From Craspedostauros australis (lineage: Eukaryota): a stretch of 46,308 nt of DNA. This document shows, in pieces, positions 36,124 to 46,308 of the stretch; within the stretch, counting starts at the first letter, position 1, and each line of letters begins with the position of its first letter. The stretch is from positions 1 to 46,308 of the forward strand of contig JALAGF010006034.1 of assembly GCA_030167865.1 (NCBI GenBank). Direction: 5' to 3'. A model generated the notes under the pieces. It ran no database searches. It was not told the DNA's origin and saw only the letters and a program-made list of their open reading frames with translations. The position numbers and the translations under genes were made by a program.

Positions 36124-37002
36124 ATGAAGTTCTCCACCACCTTTTGCATCACCCTCGCCACCATGACCGCCGCTTCCGCTCAGCGTGTTGGCAACAACGA
36201 CTTCGTCCGACTGCGTGCTCTCAAGGTCGTCACGGATCCAAGCGACCCAACATCCAAGGGAACTGACGCACCAGGTGCCACCAAGATGCCAAAGGCTGAC
36301 GGTGACATGGGCACCAAGATGCCAAAGGCTGACGGTGGTATGGGTACGAAGATGCCAAAAGCCGATGGTGATATGGGCACTAAGATGCCAAAGGCTGACG
36401 GTGACATGGGTACAAAGATGCCAAAGGTTGATGGTGACATGGGTACCAAGATGCCAAAGGCTGACGGTGACATGGGCACAAAGATGCCAAAGGCTGACGG
36501 CGACATGGGCACCAAGATGCCAAAGGCTGATGGCGACATGGGTACCAAGATGCCAAAGGCTGACGGTGACATGGGCACTAAGATGCCAAAGGCCGATGGT
36601 GATATGGATACGAAGATGCCAAAGGCTGACGGTGACATGGGTACAAAGATGCCAAAGGCTGATGGTGATATGGGTACGAAGATGCCAAAGGCTGACGGCG
36701 ACATGGACACTAAGATGCCAAAGGCTGACGGTGACATGGGTACAAAGATGCCAAAGGCTGACTCTGACACCAAGAGTCCAAAGGCCGACGGTGAGACCGA
36801 GACCAAGAGCCCCAAGGCCGACTCCGACACCAAGATGCCAAAGGCTGATGGTGAAATGGACACCAAGGTCCCAAAGGCCGTCATCGACACGAAATCGCCC
36901 AAGACAAGCAAGATGCCAAAGAAGGAAGCGGATGAGGACGACGACAGACCGGCGAAGCTCACAAAGGCACCGACTGCGACAAAGACGCCCAAGCGTGCCT
37001 AA
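36124..37002 (+). CDS. Secreted Lys/Met/Asp/Gly-rich tandem-repeat protein, silaffin-like (292 aa)
   Basis: Signal peptide MKFSTTFCITLATMTAASA and an RAL (RXL) site. Fourteen 11-aa units of consensus TKMPKADGDMG (33-bp period, 36280-36741), then degenerate TKxPK units. Confidence 0.8.
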   Translation: MKFSTTFCITLATMTAASAQRVGNNDFVRLRALKVVTDPSDPTSKGTDAPGATKMPKADGDMGTKMPKADGGMGTKMPKADGDMGTKMPKADGDMGTKMPKVDGDMGTKMPKADGDMGTKMPKADGDMGTKMPKADGDMGTKMPKADGDMGTKMPKADGDMDTKMPKADGDMGTKMPKADGDMGTKMPKADGDMDTKMPKADGDMGTKMPKADSDTKSPKADGETETKSPKADSDTKMPKADGEMDTKVPKAVIDTKSPKTSKMPKKEADEDDDRPAKLTKAPTATKTPKRA

Positions 37003-37601
37003 GGCTTTAGCTTCGCGACCCCCTCCATGTCAATAAAATGTTGGGCCCAACTCATGTGGGCCGCCATTTCTCCTCTGCACGATTTCAGCAACCGTACTCT
37101 ATGTTCTTGTAACCACTAATAATAGACTCGCTCACCAACACACCGACCTCAACATTTTCGCGTCATAGCCTACCAAGACGCGCTTCTGCGATAATGGATG
37201 CGCGTGTTGGTGCTCTGTTGATTTTCAGGTGGTTATCTGCGTGCATCTGTACTCGTATCCGTAGGTATACCCTCGCATTTGCTCTGCGTAAGTGTGAAGG
37301 CGTGAGTTGCAGGGACGGGTGGTGATTTTCCCAGAGACGTGGCTTTGACAGGATCTCTCGAGTGTATCCATCCACGCTTTTGGAGCATCCTGATGAGCTG
37401 TCCATGTCCGAGGACTCCAGAATCGCAAAACGCCATTGTCTCTCTCTCTCTCGAGATCCTCGTCAACACGATAAAAGTACCCCTTAAGCGCAATGCCAGT
37501 ACCTAACAACGTAATAGTGCGAATATGCAAGGTAGAACAGCCAGCCGCGCTATTCATTGCTTCCACACAGACAGTGCCCGAGATCCATTGATTCATTGTC
37601 A

Positions 37602-39230
37602 TCACTGCTCCCCCATGCGCTGATTCGCAGTTTCCGTCCCAGCAGTGCTGCCATACGTTGTGCTGTTGAATTCGTAGGCGCTCTCCGCATCCGACAAAAG
37701 CGACTTGGTCGTCTCGTAGCGGTAGTCTCGACGGTCCGCCTTGGCCATCTTCCCGTAGGAGTAGACACAGTACATGGGAACCGCACCAAGGAGGACCACC
37801 AGCACGTTGGCGTAGAGATAATCTCCACCCGCGTAGGACTTGGTCCACACGGCCAGGGGATACTCGAGCAAGCTGAAGACGGCGGCGATTGTGTAGGCGC
37901 AGCCCAGCACGCGGCCCATGGTTTCGACGCCGAAGGACATGGCCAAGAAGGTATTGAGCGTCGAGTAGAGGAAGGCCCGGAAGGAGGTGAAGAGGAAGAA
38001 GTTGGCGATCTGGAGATTGAGAGACGGGATCCACAGGACGATGCCGAACACGAGCCCCAGGGTGTTGGCGACCTGCACCGTGTTGAGGATGCCGACCTTG
38101 CGCACGGTTCGCTCGATCCATGGAACGAAGATGACGCCGCACGGCAGGATGAGGCTGAAGGCCTTGGCGTAGGCGCTCGTGACATCGCCGATGGAGAGCA
38201 GAAAATCGTCAACCGTCATGATGAAGAAGTTGCATCGCGGCATCTGCACGCTGGCGTAGACCAGCGCCAATCCAAAGTCGTAGGTTCGGAGCTGCTGCCA
38301 CACCGTCAGCTTGTGGACGCCACGGCGGTCGATCCAGAGTGCATGCGGGTCGACGCCCTCCACCGTCTCTTGGTTTCCCTGTTGCTGTTGTTGTTCCTGT
38401 GACTGACGATTGTCGTCAGTGGCGAGAGAAAGATCATCGCCCACCCCGTTGCCGTTGCCCTTGCCAACCGCCTTGCTCAACGAAGCCGCCTTTTGCTGCT
38501 TCGAGAACTCCTTCCAGTTCATCCTCTCCAAGAGGATCCAGCACCCGACGAGGATCGAGTACATGAAGGACGCCCACAAGGCGTAGCAGATGAACATGGT
38601 GCGACGCTCCGTCCCGTACCTCTCCTGCAGGATCTCGAAGAGGTAGAACGTGACGGACGATGCGTCGAAGAGACAGCTGCTGGCTGCCAGCAGGAGCGTC
38701 TGCGCGTTCGGCAGCAGGAAGGTCGCGGGATACGAACCCAGCGTGGTCATGCACCCGCCGATGGCCAGCAGGGAGTATGACAGCAGGAAGTAGTCGTTGC
38801 CGTTGGAATCGGAGATGGCAAAGAGCAGCAGGCCGGTGATCATCACGGCGGCGCACAGCGACATGACCATCGGCTTGGGCAGATGGTCGAGGATGTAGCC
38901 GACCGGCAAGGAGGCGAAAGACAGCCAGAACTGGCCTATCGAGAACAGGCCGTGCAGGGTGTTGGTCTGCTCCGAGCAGTCCAGCATGCTGCTGCCATCG
39001 CTCCCAATCCCAGCCAAGTCTGTAGCTGCGTCGGTGGCCGGAACGCAGAGCTCCGAGTACTGTCCCTCGCGCAGCAGCATGAGCTCCAGCGGCGCCCATC
39101 CGAAGATGAGTCCCGAAAAGAAGAACACGTTCAACTGCGCGAGGATGTTGGTCGTCCAGCAGAGCCAAGCTGGGATTGGTGGGATTGCTGCCGCAGAGCT
39201 TGACGCCGATGTTGATGTCATCTCGCCCAT
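37602..39230 (-). CDS. MFS transporter, SLC43/LAT3 (FMP42-like) family
   Basis: 542 aa with about 12 hydrophobic segments and a central hydrophilic loop. N-terminal FSGLIFGWAPL...EGQYSELC and LPVGYILD motifs are typical of SLC43. Confidence 0.85.
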   Translation of the reverse strand: MGEMTSTSASSSAAAIPPIPAWLCWTTNILAQLNVFFFSGLIFGWAPLELMLLREGQYSELCVPATDAATDLAGIGSDGSSMLDCSEQTNTLHGLFSIGQFWLSFASLPVGYILDHLPKPMVMSLCAAVMITGLLLFAISDSNGNDYFLLSYSLLAIGGCMTTLGSYPATFLLPNAQTLLLAASSCLFDASSVTFYLFEILQERYGTERRTMFICYALWASFMYSILVGCWILLERMNWKEFSKQQKAASLSKAVGKGNGNGVGDDLSLATDDNRQSQEQQQQQGNQETVEGVDPHALWIDRRGVHKLTVWQQLRTYDFGLALVYASVQMPRCNFFIMTVDDFLLSIGDVTSAYAKAFSLILPCGVIFVPWIERTVRKVGILNTVQVANTLGLVFGIVLWIPSLNLQIANFFLFTSFRAFLYSTLNTFLAMSFGVETMGRVLGCAYTIAAVFSLLEYPLAVWTKSYAGGDYLYANVLVVLLGAVPMYCVYSYGKMAKADRRDYRYETTKSLLSDAESAYEFNSTTYGSTAGTETANQRMGEQ

Positions 39231-39996
39231 CGTTCAACGCCGTCTGTTGGTATGATGTTCGTACAGGCGTGCTTTCAGCTGTCCTTGTCTCTGTTCTGTT
39301 TGTGTGGGTCTCTCTCTCTCTCTCTCTCTCTTCTGCGCTCCACAAGCTTTCGATTGGTGCAAGTACGTGCCGTTGCTTCGTGACTTTGGATGTCTGTTTG
39401 ACGACGATAACGAGTATGACCACGAGCACGAGAACGCACGGGTGGGGCGATGACTGGCCGAGGAGATTCTTCGATTCCTGACCAATGCGCACAAACCTCA
39501 AGGAACAGAACAAAGAAACGCAAAACAGAGAAATGGATGAAGAATGAGGTCGGCAACTTTTGCCCGTGTGGTTTCGTGACGTATCATCTCGTGCCACGAC
39601 TTCCACAAACGTCGTACCTATGGCTCCACGAAACGTGTTTCTCATCTCTGGCTTGGAAGGACTCCAATGAGTCGAAAGAAACACAGGCTTTTCGGTACCA
39701 ACTGAACGGGCTGAACAAAACCTCAAAACAACAACACTCACATCACCCAACACCATACTCGAACACATCAACAACAGACATCGAATTGCCACTCATATTC
39801 ATCACACAGTGTGTGGCAATCATAGTCGTAATAATGCAAGCCATTGAAGACACCACCATCGATATCTCTGCCATAGGCATAATAGAATAGCTGAGACGAC
39901 ACACTTCCTCGACAGCCAATCCAACGTAAATCGTCCAACGTCCAACGTCCAACGTCTATCGTCCAGCAACCATCGACCATCCACCACACTCTCAAA

Positions 39997-41940
39997 ATGC
40001 CAAGTGTTACCAACCAACAACTCCTTGATGCTGCCAAGGCAGGTGACGTGTCAGTGTTGAAGGAGTGGAAGAAGCAGAACAAGACGCAGAATGAAGGAGA
40101 TGGTATCAACTGCAAAGACAACTATGGTTGGACTCCCCTTCATCTGGCATGCTACAACGGCCACCTGGAGTGTGTCAAGTACCTCATCGAATCATGTGAG
40201 GCGGACATCAACTTCAAAACCAACAAAGGCAGCACTCCCCTTCATCTGGCATGCTACAACGGCCACCTGGAGTGTGTCAAGTACCTCATCGAATCATGTG
40301 AGGTGGACATCAACTGCAAAAACAACAAAGACGACACTCCCCTTCATCTGGCATGCAACAACGGCCACCTGGAGTGTATGAAGTACCTCATCGAATCATG
40401 TGAGGCGGACATCAACTGCAAAGACGGCTTTGGTTTCACTCCCCTTCATCGGGCATGCTTCCGTGGCCACCTGGAGTGTGTCAAGTACCTCATCGAATCA
40501 TGTGAGGCGGACATCAACTGCAAAAACAACAATGGTTCCACTCCCCTTCATCATGCATGCTACAACGGCCAGCTGGAGTGTGTTGCGTACCTCGTTGCAT
40601 CAGCCAATGCCGATACCGATATTAAAAACAACAACAACAAAACCCCCCTCAATTTGATCGATGCAACACTTCAAATCAAGATGATAAAACGTCTCGATCA
40701 TCTGAGTCACCGCAACTCACAACTGCAGGAGCAGTTGGAGGAGAACGAGCAAGAGAACGAACACCTGGAACAACAGCTGGAACGGAAGGAGGAAGAGAAG
40801 ACCCAGAAGGAGCAAGAGAATGAACAACTGGAACAGCAGTTGGAACGGAAGGAGGAAGAGAAGACCCAGAAGGAGCAAGAGAATGAACAACTGGAACAGC
40901 AGTTGGAACGGAAAGAGGAAGAGAAGACCCAGAAGGAGCAAGAGAACGAACACCTGGAACAACAGTTGGAACGGAAGGAGGAAGAGAAGACCCAGAAGGA
41001 GCAGGAGAACGAACAATTGAAACAGCAGTTGGAACAGGAGAAGGAATCAACACAGCGCTTCCTCTCGAAACGTCAACAGGAGAACGACCAACTGAAACGG
41101 AAGTTGAAACAACATATCAAGATCAGCATCGACCAAGATCGTTGCGCCGCTGTTCATGCTGAGGCCATCGCAGACGTTACCTTCCTGTGCGGACAAGGGG
41201 ACGAACAACAATCAATCAAGGCAAACTCCGCAGTCCTCATGATCACTGTCCCATCCATTCAGACACTGATCAACTCTGGAATCCAACATCAATGCGCTCA
41301 TGATGGTGCCCATGATGGCGCTCAAGATACAACTGAACCCATCCAAACAACCATCCCTCTTCCCAACTTTCAACCAAAACACGTCCGATACGTCCTCCAA
41401 TGCATCTACAGAGGTGAGATATCCTTCAATAACAACACACATGACTACGCTGGCAATGATGACGCAAACCAGCCAACTCCCATCCTCACTGGACAGGATG
41501 ATCTGCAACAGCTGATCCTTGTGGCCAACGAGTTCGGCTTCTGGCGACTCAAGCTTGTTCTTGAAGCAGAGTTGGCCTGCAAGCATCTCACAGAAGACAC
41601 CATGATAGATGTGTTGATATTCGCTCATCAACACACCTGCTTGGTGTTGAAGGATGCAGCGATGAGAATGGTTGCTGAAAGTGAGAAAGATATGTTCACT
41701 CATCCAGATTTCAGCAAGCTGATTCTCCAGCCCCAACTGATGAGAGACATTCATGCCCTCCGCAGTGGGGGAGCGGAGAGTGATGGAGTTGATGGTGAGT
41801 ACAGCCACATGTCCATGGTGGAGCTGTACAAGGTTACGGATCAGGATGAGGGTACAGCACAAGTGGATTCGTACATGGATCGGGCAACATTGGTGGACCT
41901 CGTCCGCTCAATGAGAACCAGCTCTATGAGAGCCAATTGA
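39997..41940 (+). CDS. Ankyrin repeat - coiled-coil repeat - BTB/POZ (BACK-like) protein
   Basis: Five 34-aa ankyrin repeats (TPLHLAC.NGHLECVKYLIE) and about 4.6 copies of the 21-aa unit EQENEQLEQQLERKEEEKTQK. Then ADVTFLCG...IKANSAVL, VLQCIYRG and LVANEFGFWRLKLVLE (BTB), followed by a BACK-like helical region. Confidence 0.85.
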   Translation: MPSVTNQQLLDAAKAGDVSVLKEWKKQNKTQNEGDGINCKDNYGWTPLHLACYNGHLECVKYLIESCEADINFKTNKGSTPLHLACYNGHLECVKYLIESCEVDINCKNNKDDTPLHLACNNGHLECMKYLIESCEADINCKDGFGFTPLHRACFRGHLECVKYLIESCEADINCKNNNGSTPLHHACYNGQLECVAYLVASANADTDIKNNNNKTPLNLIDATLQIKMIKRLDHLSHRNSQLQEQLEENEQENEHLEQQLERKEEEKTQKEQENEQLEQQLERKEEEKTQKEQENEQLEQQLERKEEEKTQKEQENEHLEQQLERKEEEKTQKEQENEQLKQQLEQEKESTQRFLSKRQQENDQLKRKLKQHIKISIDQDRCAAVHAEAIADVTFLCGQGDEQQSIKANSAVLMITVPSIQTLINSGIQHQCAHDGAHDGAQDTTEPIQTTIPLPNFQPKHVRYVLQCIYRGEISFNNNTHDYAGNDDANQPTPILTGQDDLQQLILVANEFGFWRLKLVLEAELACKHLTEDTMIDVLIFAHQHTCLVLKDAAMRMVAESEKDMFTHPDFSKLILQPQLMRDIHALRSGGAESDGVDGEYSHMSMVELYKVTDQDEGTAQVDSYMDRATLVDLVRSMRTSSMRAN

Positions 41941-42666
41941 TCCGAAGTGATTGTGGTGGACGGCGCTGCCGAGGAAGAGGAGTGAAGTGTCAGACCATAC
42001 CAAATCATAACAGAAATCTTCAAGAAGTGGACGCATGACAGAATTGAGTCGATGGACAAAAATAGTCATCAGAATAGTCATTAGGACAGTAACTATGTGA
42101 AAGGAGCTGGAGCAATTAGTGATTCATTCATTCAATGGTGCGTCCAGCATTCCTTCACCGTCGCCTTTGGTGATGCGCACCGCATGCTGCTCCATGCAGT
42201 CCCGGATCGTTCGCAGCACGGCTTGGTTGGGCCGCGAGATGCGCAAGGTCTTCTGTGCATGAATTGCAGATGATCCTGGTTGGTGTAAGGCACGTTGCTG
42301 TGCAGCATCATTAGCCAATGCGACAGGAAGAAGATGGTTCAGCCACCGCTGTCATCGCCGTGATCGTCGTTGCCGATCATGCGGTTTCCACGTTCGTTGG
42401 TTTCGTGGGTGTGGAAGGAGTTGTGTGGGAAACGACGGCGGACCCTGTTGGCGTCATGCATGGCTTGTTGGACTCGAATCCAACTTGACGAGGTGGAGCG
42501 TATTGCGACAGTACCTTGTTGTTGTTGTTGTTGTTAGTGATGGTGGTGCTGCTGCAGTTCGTCATTATGTCGCGCAAGGCACGCATGTATGCCAGCAGCT
42601 GCATGGTTTTCGATAGGTATGGCCGACAAAGATGACGAGCAATGGGAGAAGTTGCCAACGTCATTG

Positions 42667-42671
42667 NNNNN
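42667..42671. other. Assembly gap (NNNNN)
   Basis: Five N bases. Confidence 1.
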
Positions 42672-43866
42672 GATTTCAATAATGGTGGATCCAAGGAGAC
42701 AGTGCCTCTGTCTCATCGTTTGCGGTTTGTGGTGGCGACGTATCGCTTCGAGCATCGGTATGAACAGGCGTGGCTGGTTGTGGTGCGTGTTGTGGGGACT
42801 GAGGAACATCTCCAAACTGATGGCTCTGTCGGTCTCGGGAAACGTCGCTGCGTCCGATCTCACAGATGCACCCATCCAATATGTGCTGAATCTCCGTTTC
42901 CGACAACGCATCGGGCGTTCATGTGCGTGCGCGCCGCTGCTGATGACTTGAATCCAGACCGCACCATGGGCCATGACATGTCTTGCCATCGTAGTTGGCT
43001 CTGTTGTTGGCGCTGCCATTGCCCATGTCCCAAGATCTTCTCTACTCCGGAGCAGTTGGTGTGATAGCTTCCTTTCTGATGTCGCTGAGTGATCTGACAC
43101 GTTTGAGATGGCTGTTCATCACTGCTCGTCATTGATCATCGGTATCAGCGTCATCGGCGTCGGCATCGTCATTCATCATCAGCATCATCACAGCCTCTTG
43201 CCATCACCGCCTTCGTTGATTCTGGTTGGCGTGTCATATTTTGCGCAGCCGCCGCTTGCTTGATTACTTCATTGCTTGACAGCCAATGTCTCAGTGTTGG
43301 CTGATACCTCCATCAATGCAAACATAGTCATGCCATTTCATCTTTCTTGCTCTCTCTCTCTCTTTCTCTCGTTGTGTTGATGTTGTTTGATGGATCGTGT
43401 CGCAAAATCGAAGATTCGTTGTTTTGGGTGGTGTCAAGAATTGTTGGCGCGTTTGTTGAGTACTCGTCTGTCTGCCATCCGTTGTTCATTCAACCAATGA
43501 CGCACACAAACACTCACGACGAACATCACCTCTCTGTTCTCTTCATTCGACACAACTCTGTTCGACGATGGTGATGGCAACCACTCCAACGGCGCCGCAT
43601 CCCTTCACATTGGTACCACCACCAACAACACAAATAGTCAGACAAACAATCAGACAAGACGATGAGACATCGACATCCAAGAGGAACTGTGGGAAGGCTC
43701 GCCAGTTGCTCCGCATCTTGACCCACCCGTTGTACAACTATGAGTATGGAACCTCCCATGAGTATGATCTACTCTGGGAGTTGCCACAACAAAGCGTCCA
43801 GCCTGATAGGTACTCTGTTTGAACCTTCGTCCAGCCCGTGCGGTCATGTGATCATGACGATCGAAG

Positions 43867-46030
43867 TTGCTGGAAGAGGACGATGTCAGACTGATAGCAG
43901 AGAAGCAAACGGAGACCAAGCAATCGCAACAGGCCGACACGAAATCGAAGGCGAGCAAGCCCACAAGCGTCGCCAATGAGGCCAAAGCAGCTGCAAAATC
44001 AGGTGGTCGTGCGAGTGTCAGCACAGATACACCAAGCAGCGCCAATAGAAATACAGCAAAAGATGCGAAAGCTTCGGCTGTGAAACCATCACGTGCGAAG
44101 AGTCTGGACATGCTCAACATGCAAGCTCACGAGATGTCATTCAGCTCCCTTGATCCCAACAAGTTCATCAACAACGAATCCATACCGTCGCCAAACACCC
44201 CAGGTGGACTCAGCTTCGCCACAGCCCCAGCACTCGGCGCGACCCGCGAACGGAGCAGCCAAGACAAGACGAAGCTTGCGCAGAGTTGGAGACGCAGGCC
44301 AAGGACACAAACGAATTCCAACGGAACGACCAGCAGCGCCAAATCGAGGAGCAAGAGTTTGGAATTCTCGAATGACGGACGCAACATGCCAGTCACACCA
44401 GACACATCAGAGACATCAGGCGCAATGAGTACAGCCAGCATCCCGGCTCTACCTCGAGTTGCGACAACGGAGACGTCTCGCAGCAAGAGCCTGGAGTCAC
44501 TGTCGAATCTGCCAAGTCTCCACAACGATGACGACAGCGCCGGCGTTGCGACAAATGCTGCTGCAACGAACGGTGGGAGAAGCTCTGTGGCCCCTGTCAC
44601 GCCTGGAGGTCGGAGCGCGGCATCTACACCAGCCCCGTTCAGCCACATACATGAATAGAGACAACAGTCTTGATCGTTGAACAAGCGCAGGTCGACGTTG
44701 GCAAGCATCCTCAAGATCAAATCATCATCATGACGTGAAGTATCGTCGACCAATCCTCCCAAATCGAAGCAACGACCATCTCTCGAATCCCGATCATCGC
44801 AATTGGCCGATCTTGCCTTGACTGAAGCATCCGCAAAGGCGCCATCATCGCCATCATCATCGCCGTCGCCACCGCCATCATCATCATCACAGTCCAAATC
44901 CCAACTCGATCTTCAACAGTTCGAACGCAACCACGGAGGTGTCTCGGCCACAACCCCAAGCCCCATCCAGTCCCGGAGCCTTGAGTTTGGGAATCGAATT
45001 GCAATCGAGCAAGAAGAACCAAGTGGATCCTTCTCACAACAGATCTGCATGCAGTTCGTTGCACCCAAGTGGAGACTCGAAGCAACGACGTTCACGCGAA
45101 CGAAGCACGGGTGCTCTGCGCGATGAGATGAAGGCAAGGATCTCCAAGGTGCTTGGCAATGGGCCCCGACGTCACCACTCCAGCAAAACAAGAGGCGTGT
45201 CATCACCATCACCATTGATATTACCATCCATATCACCGTCGCCACGGCATCGGCGGAGAAGCGCACAGCACACCAGTAGCAAGCCGCACGCGACATCGCC
45301 AAGATCAAGCAGTGTGGAGCGTTCGCCATCATTGTGTCATCGTTGTGGCGGAGCAATTCACACATCCTCCTCTGGAAGAAGCTGCCGCTCGCCATCGGTG
45401 CGGAGTCGTCGAAGCCCATCCGATCATGGCCGTAGAAGAACTGCGCAAGTATCGATGGACTCATCGCCATCATCACGGCGACAACGATCATCTGGCAGTT
45501 CGGATGACATGAACGCAGCCTCGAGTTCACGCCAATCCAACTCAAATGCGCACTCCACCGGTACTGGTTTGCACCAACGCAAGGGCTCACCTTCCCGAAC
45601 GCATGCCCGGGGAAGTTCGTGAAGACCAAATCAACGTGGCCATAGCCAATCGACACCATGTGGCGAAGATCAGCGAAGGAAGTCCTCCCATGAACGATCA
45701 TCATCGGCGCGACCACGAAGCAGATCAAGAGGATATCGAAATTGACAGCATCGAACAGCACAGCGATGAGAGAGATGAAGATGGACGACATGGCAAGGAA
45801 CGGCACGCCATGGCAAACAACAACATGGCAACAAACGTTCGTCATCACGCGGGGCCCTTCAATCAAATCGTTGTGGACGAAGCAGATCATCGACTCGCGA
45901 TGCTGTCTACCATGAGAAGCTGTCCGGCACAAAACCACTGCAACTCACACCAAAGAAAGCAGTCAGGAACAAGAGCGCGTCTCAGTGCCGCCATCCCTTG
46001 ATGAATGGTACCAAAACTCCCACCCCGTGA
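43867..46030 (+). pseudogene. Probable decayed gene for a long Ser/Arg-rich low-complexity protein
   Basis: ORFs 43867-44658 and 44803-45126 share a frame and a recurring (R/Q)S(K/R)SLE motif, and are separated only by TAG/TGA codons. An Arg/Ser-rich reading continues after a frameshift near 45030, again interrupted by TGA codons. Confidence 0.4.
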
Positions 46031-46308
46031 TGCATCACGACATGATGGGATGGAATGAGATGGATGGGCCGCTCCGTATTCGTATCATACTCATAGAGGT
46101 ATGGTAGATCCACATCCCTGTATGTAATACACCTACGAATAGACTGTACTTCTCTACGTATGTTTGGAACAGTACTGCATGCACTATATCTGCTCGTGCA
46201 ATAGAACACTGTGATGAAGTCACGGGATGTTTCAAGAGATTGAAGGGCTGGATACTGCTCCCACGCTGCCTCTGCCTTGTCTGCAACTTGTCTGGTCCGC
46301 TCTCTGCG

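Noticed and set aside
36180..37036. Antisense and alternative-frame repeat ORFs (SPSAFGILVPM; RCQRLTVTW)
   Set aside because: Shadows of the 33-bp coding repeat. Most variation is synonymous only in the TKMPKADGDMG frame.
43501..46030. TGA reassigned to an amino acid (alternative genetic code or readthrough)
   Set aside because: TGA terminates intact conserved genes in this window (adhE, AKR), and none of the conserved genes contains an internal TGA.

Overview
This is eukaryotic nuclear DNA, most likely from a diatom. The evidence is GT-AG spliceosomal introns, bipartite ASAF-type plastid-targeting presequences, RXL-processed lysine-rich secreted proteins and a diatom-type RVxF/CxRGLE protein. 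About 18 protein-coding loci are supported. Housekeeping and metabolic genes: SmE, TMCO1, bifunctional AdhE, pyroglutamyl peptidase I, aldo-keto reductase, plastid aspartate/prephenate aminotransferase, mitochondrial dihydrolipoamide dehydrogenase, inositol polyphosphate kinase and an SLC43/LAT3 MFS transporter. Others: an N6-adenine methyltransferase-like protein, two secreted Lys/Met-rich repeat proteins, two thylakoid-lumen proteins, an FBXO31-like F-box protein and an ankyrin-coiled coil-BTB protein. The window also has two short tandem-repeat arrays and a distal region (about 42-46 kb) that looks like stop-riddled gene relics. Most notable: (1) a pair of silaffin-like secreted proteins built on a shared DM(G)TKMPK repeat; (2) a bacterial-type gamma-class amino-methyltransferase domain with GPPY in place of NPPY, fused to a possible PX-like domain; (3) an intron-containing, apparently cytosolic AdhE near a bacterial-like AKR. 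All gene models and splice sites were derived by eye, and no database searches were run.
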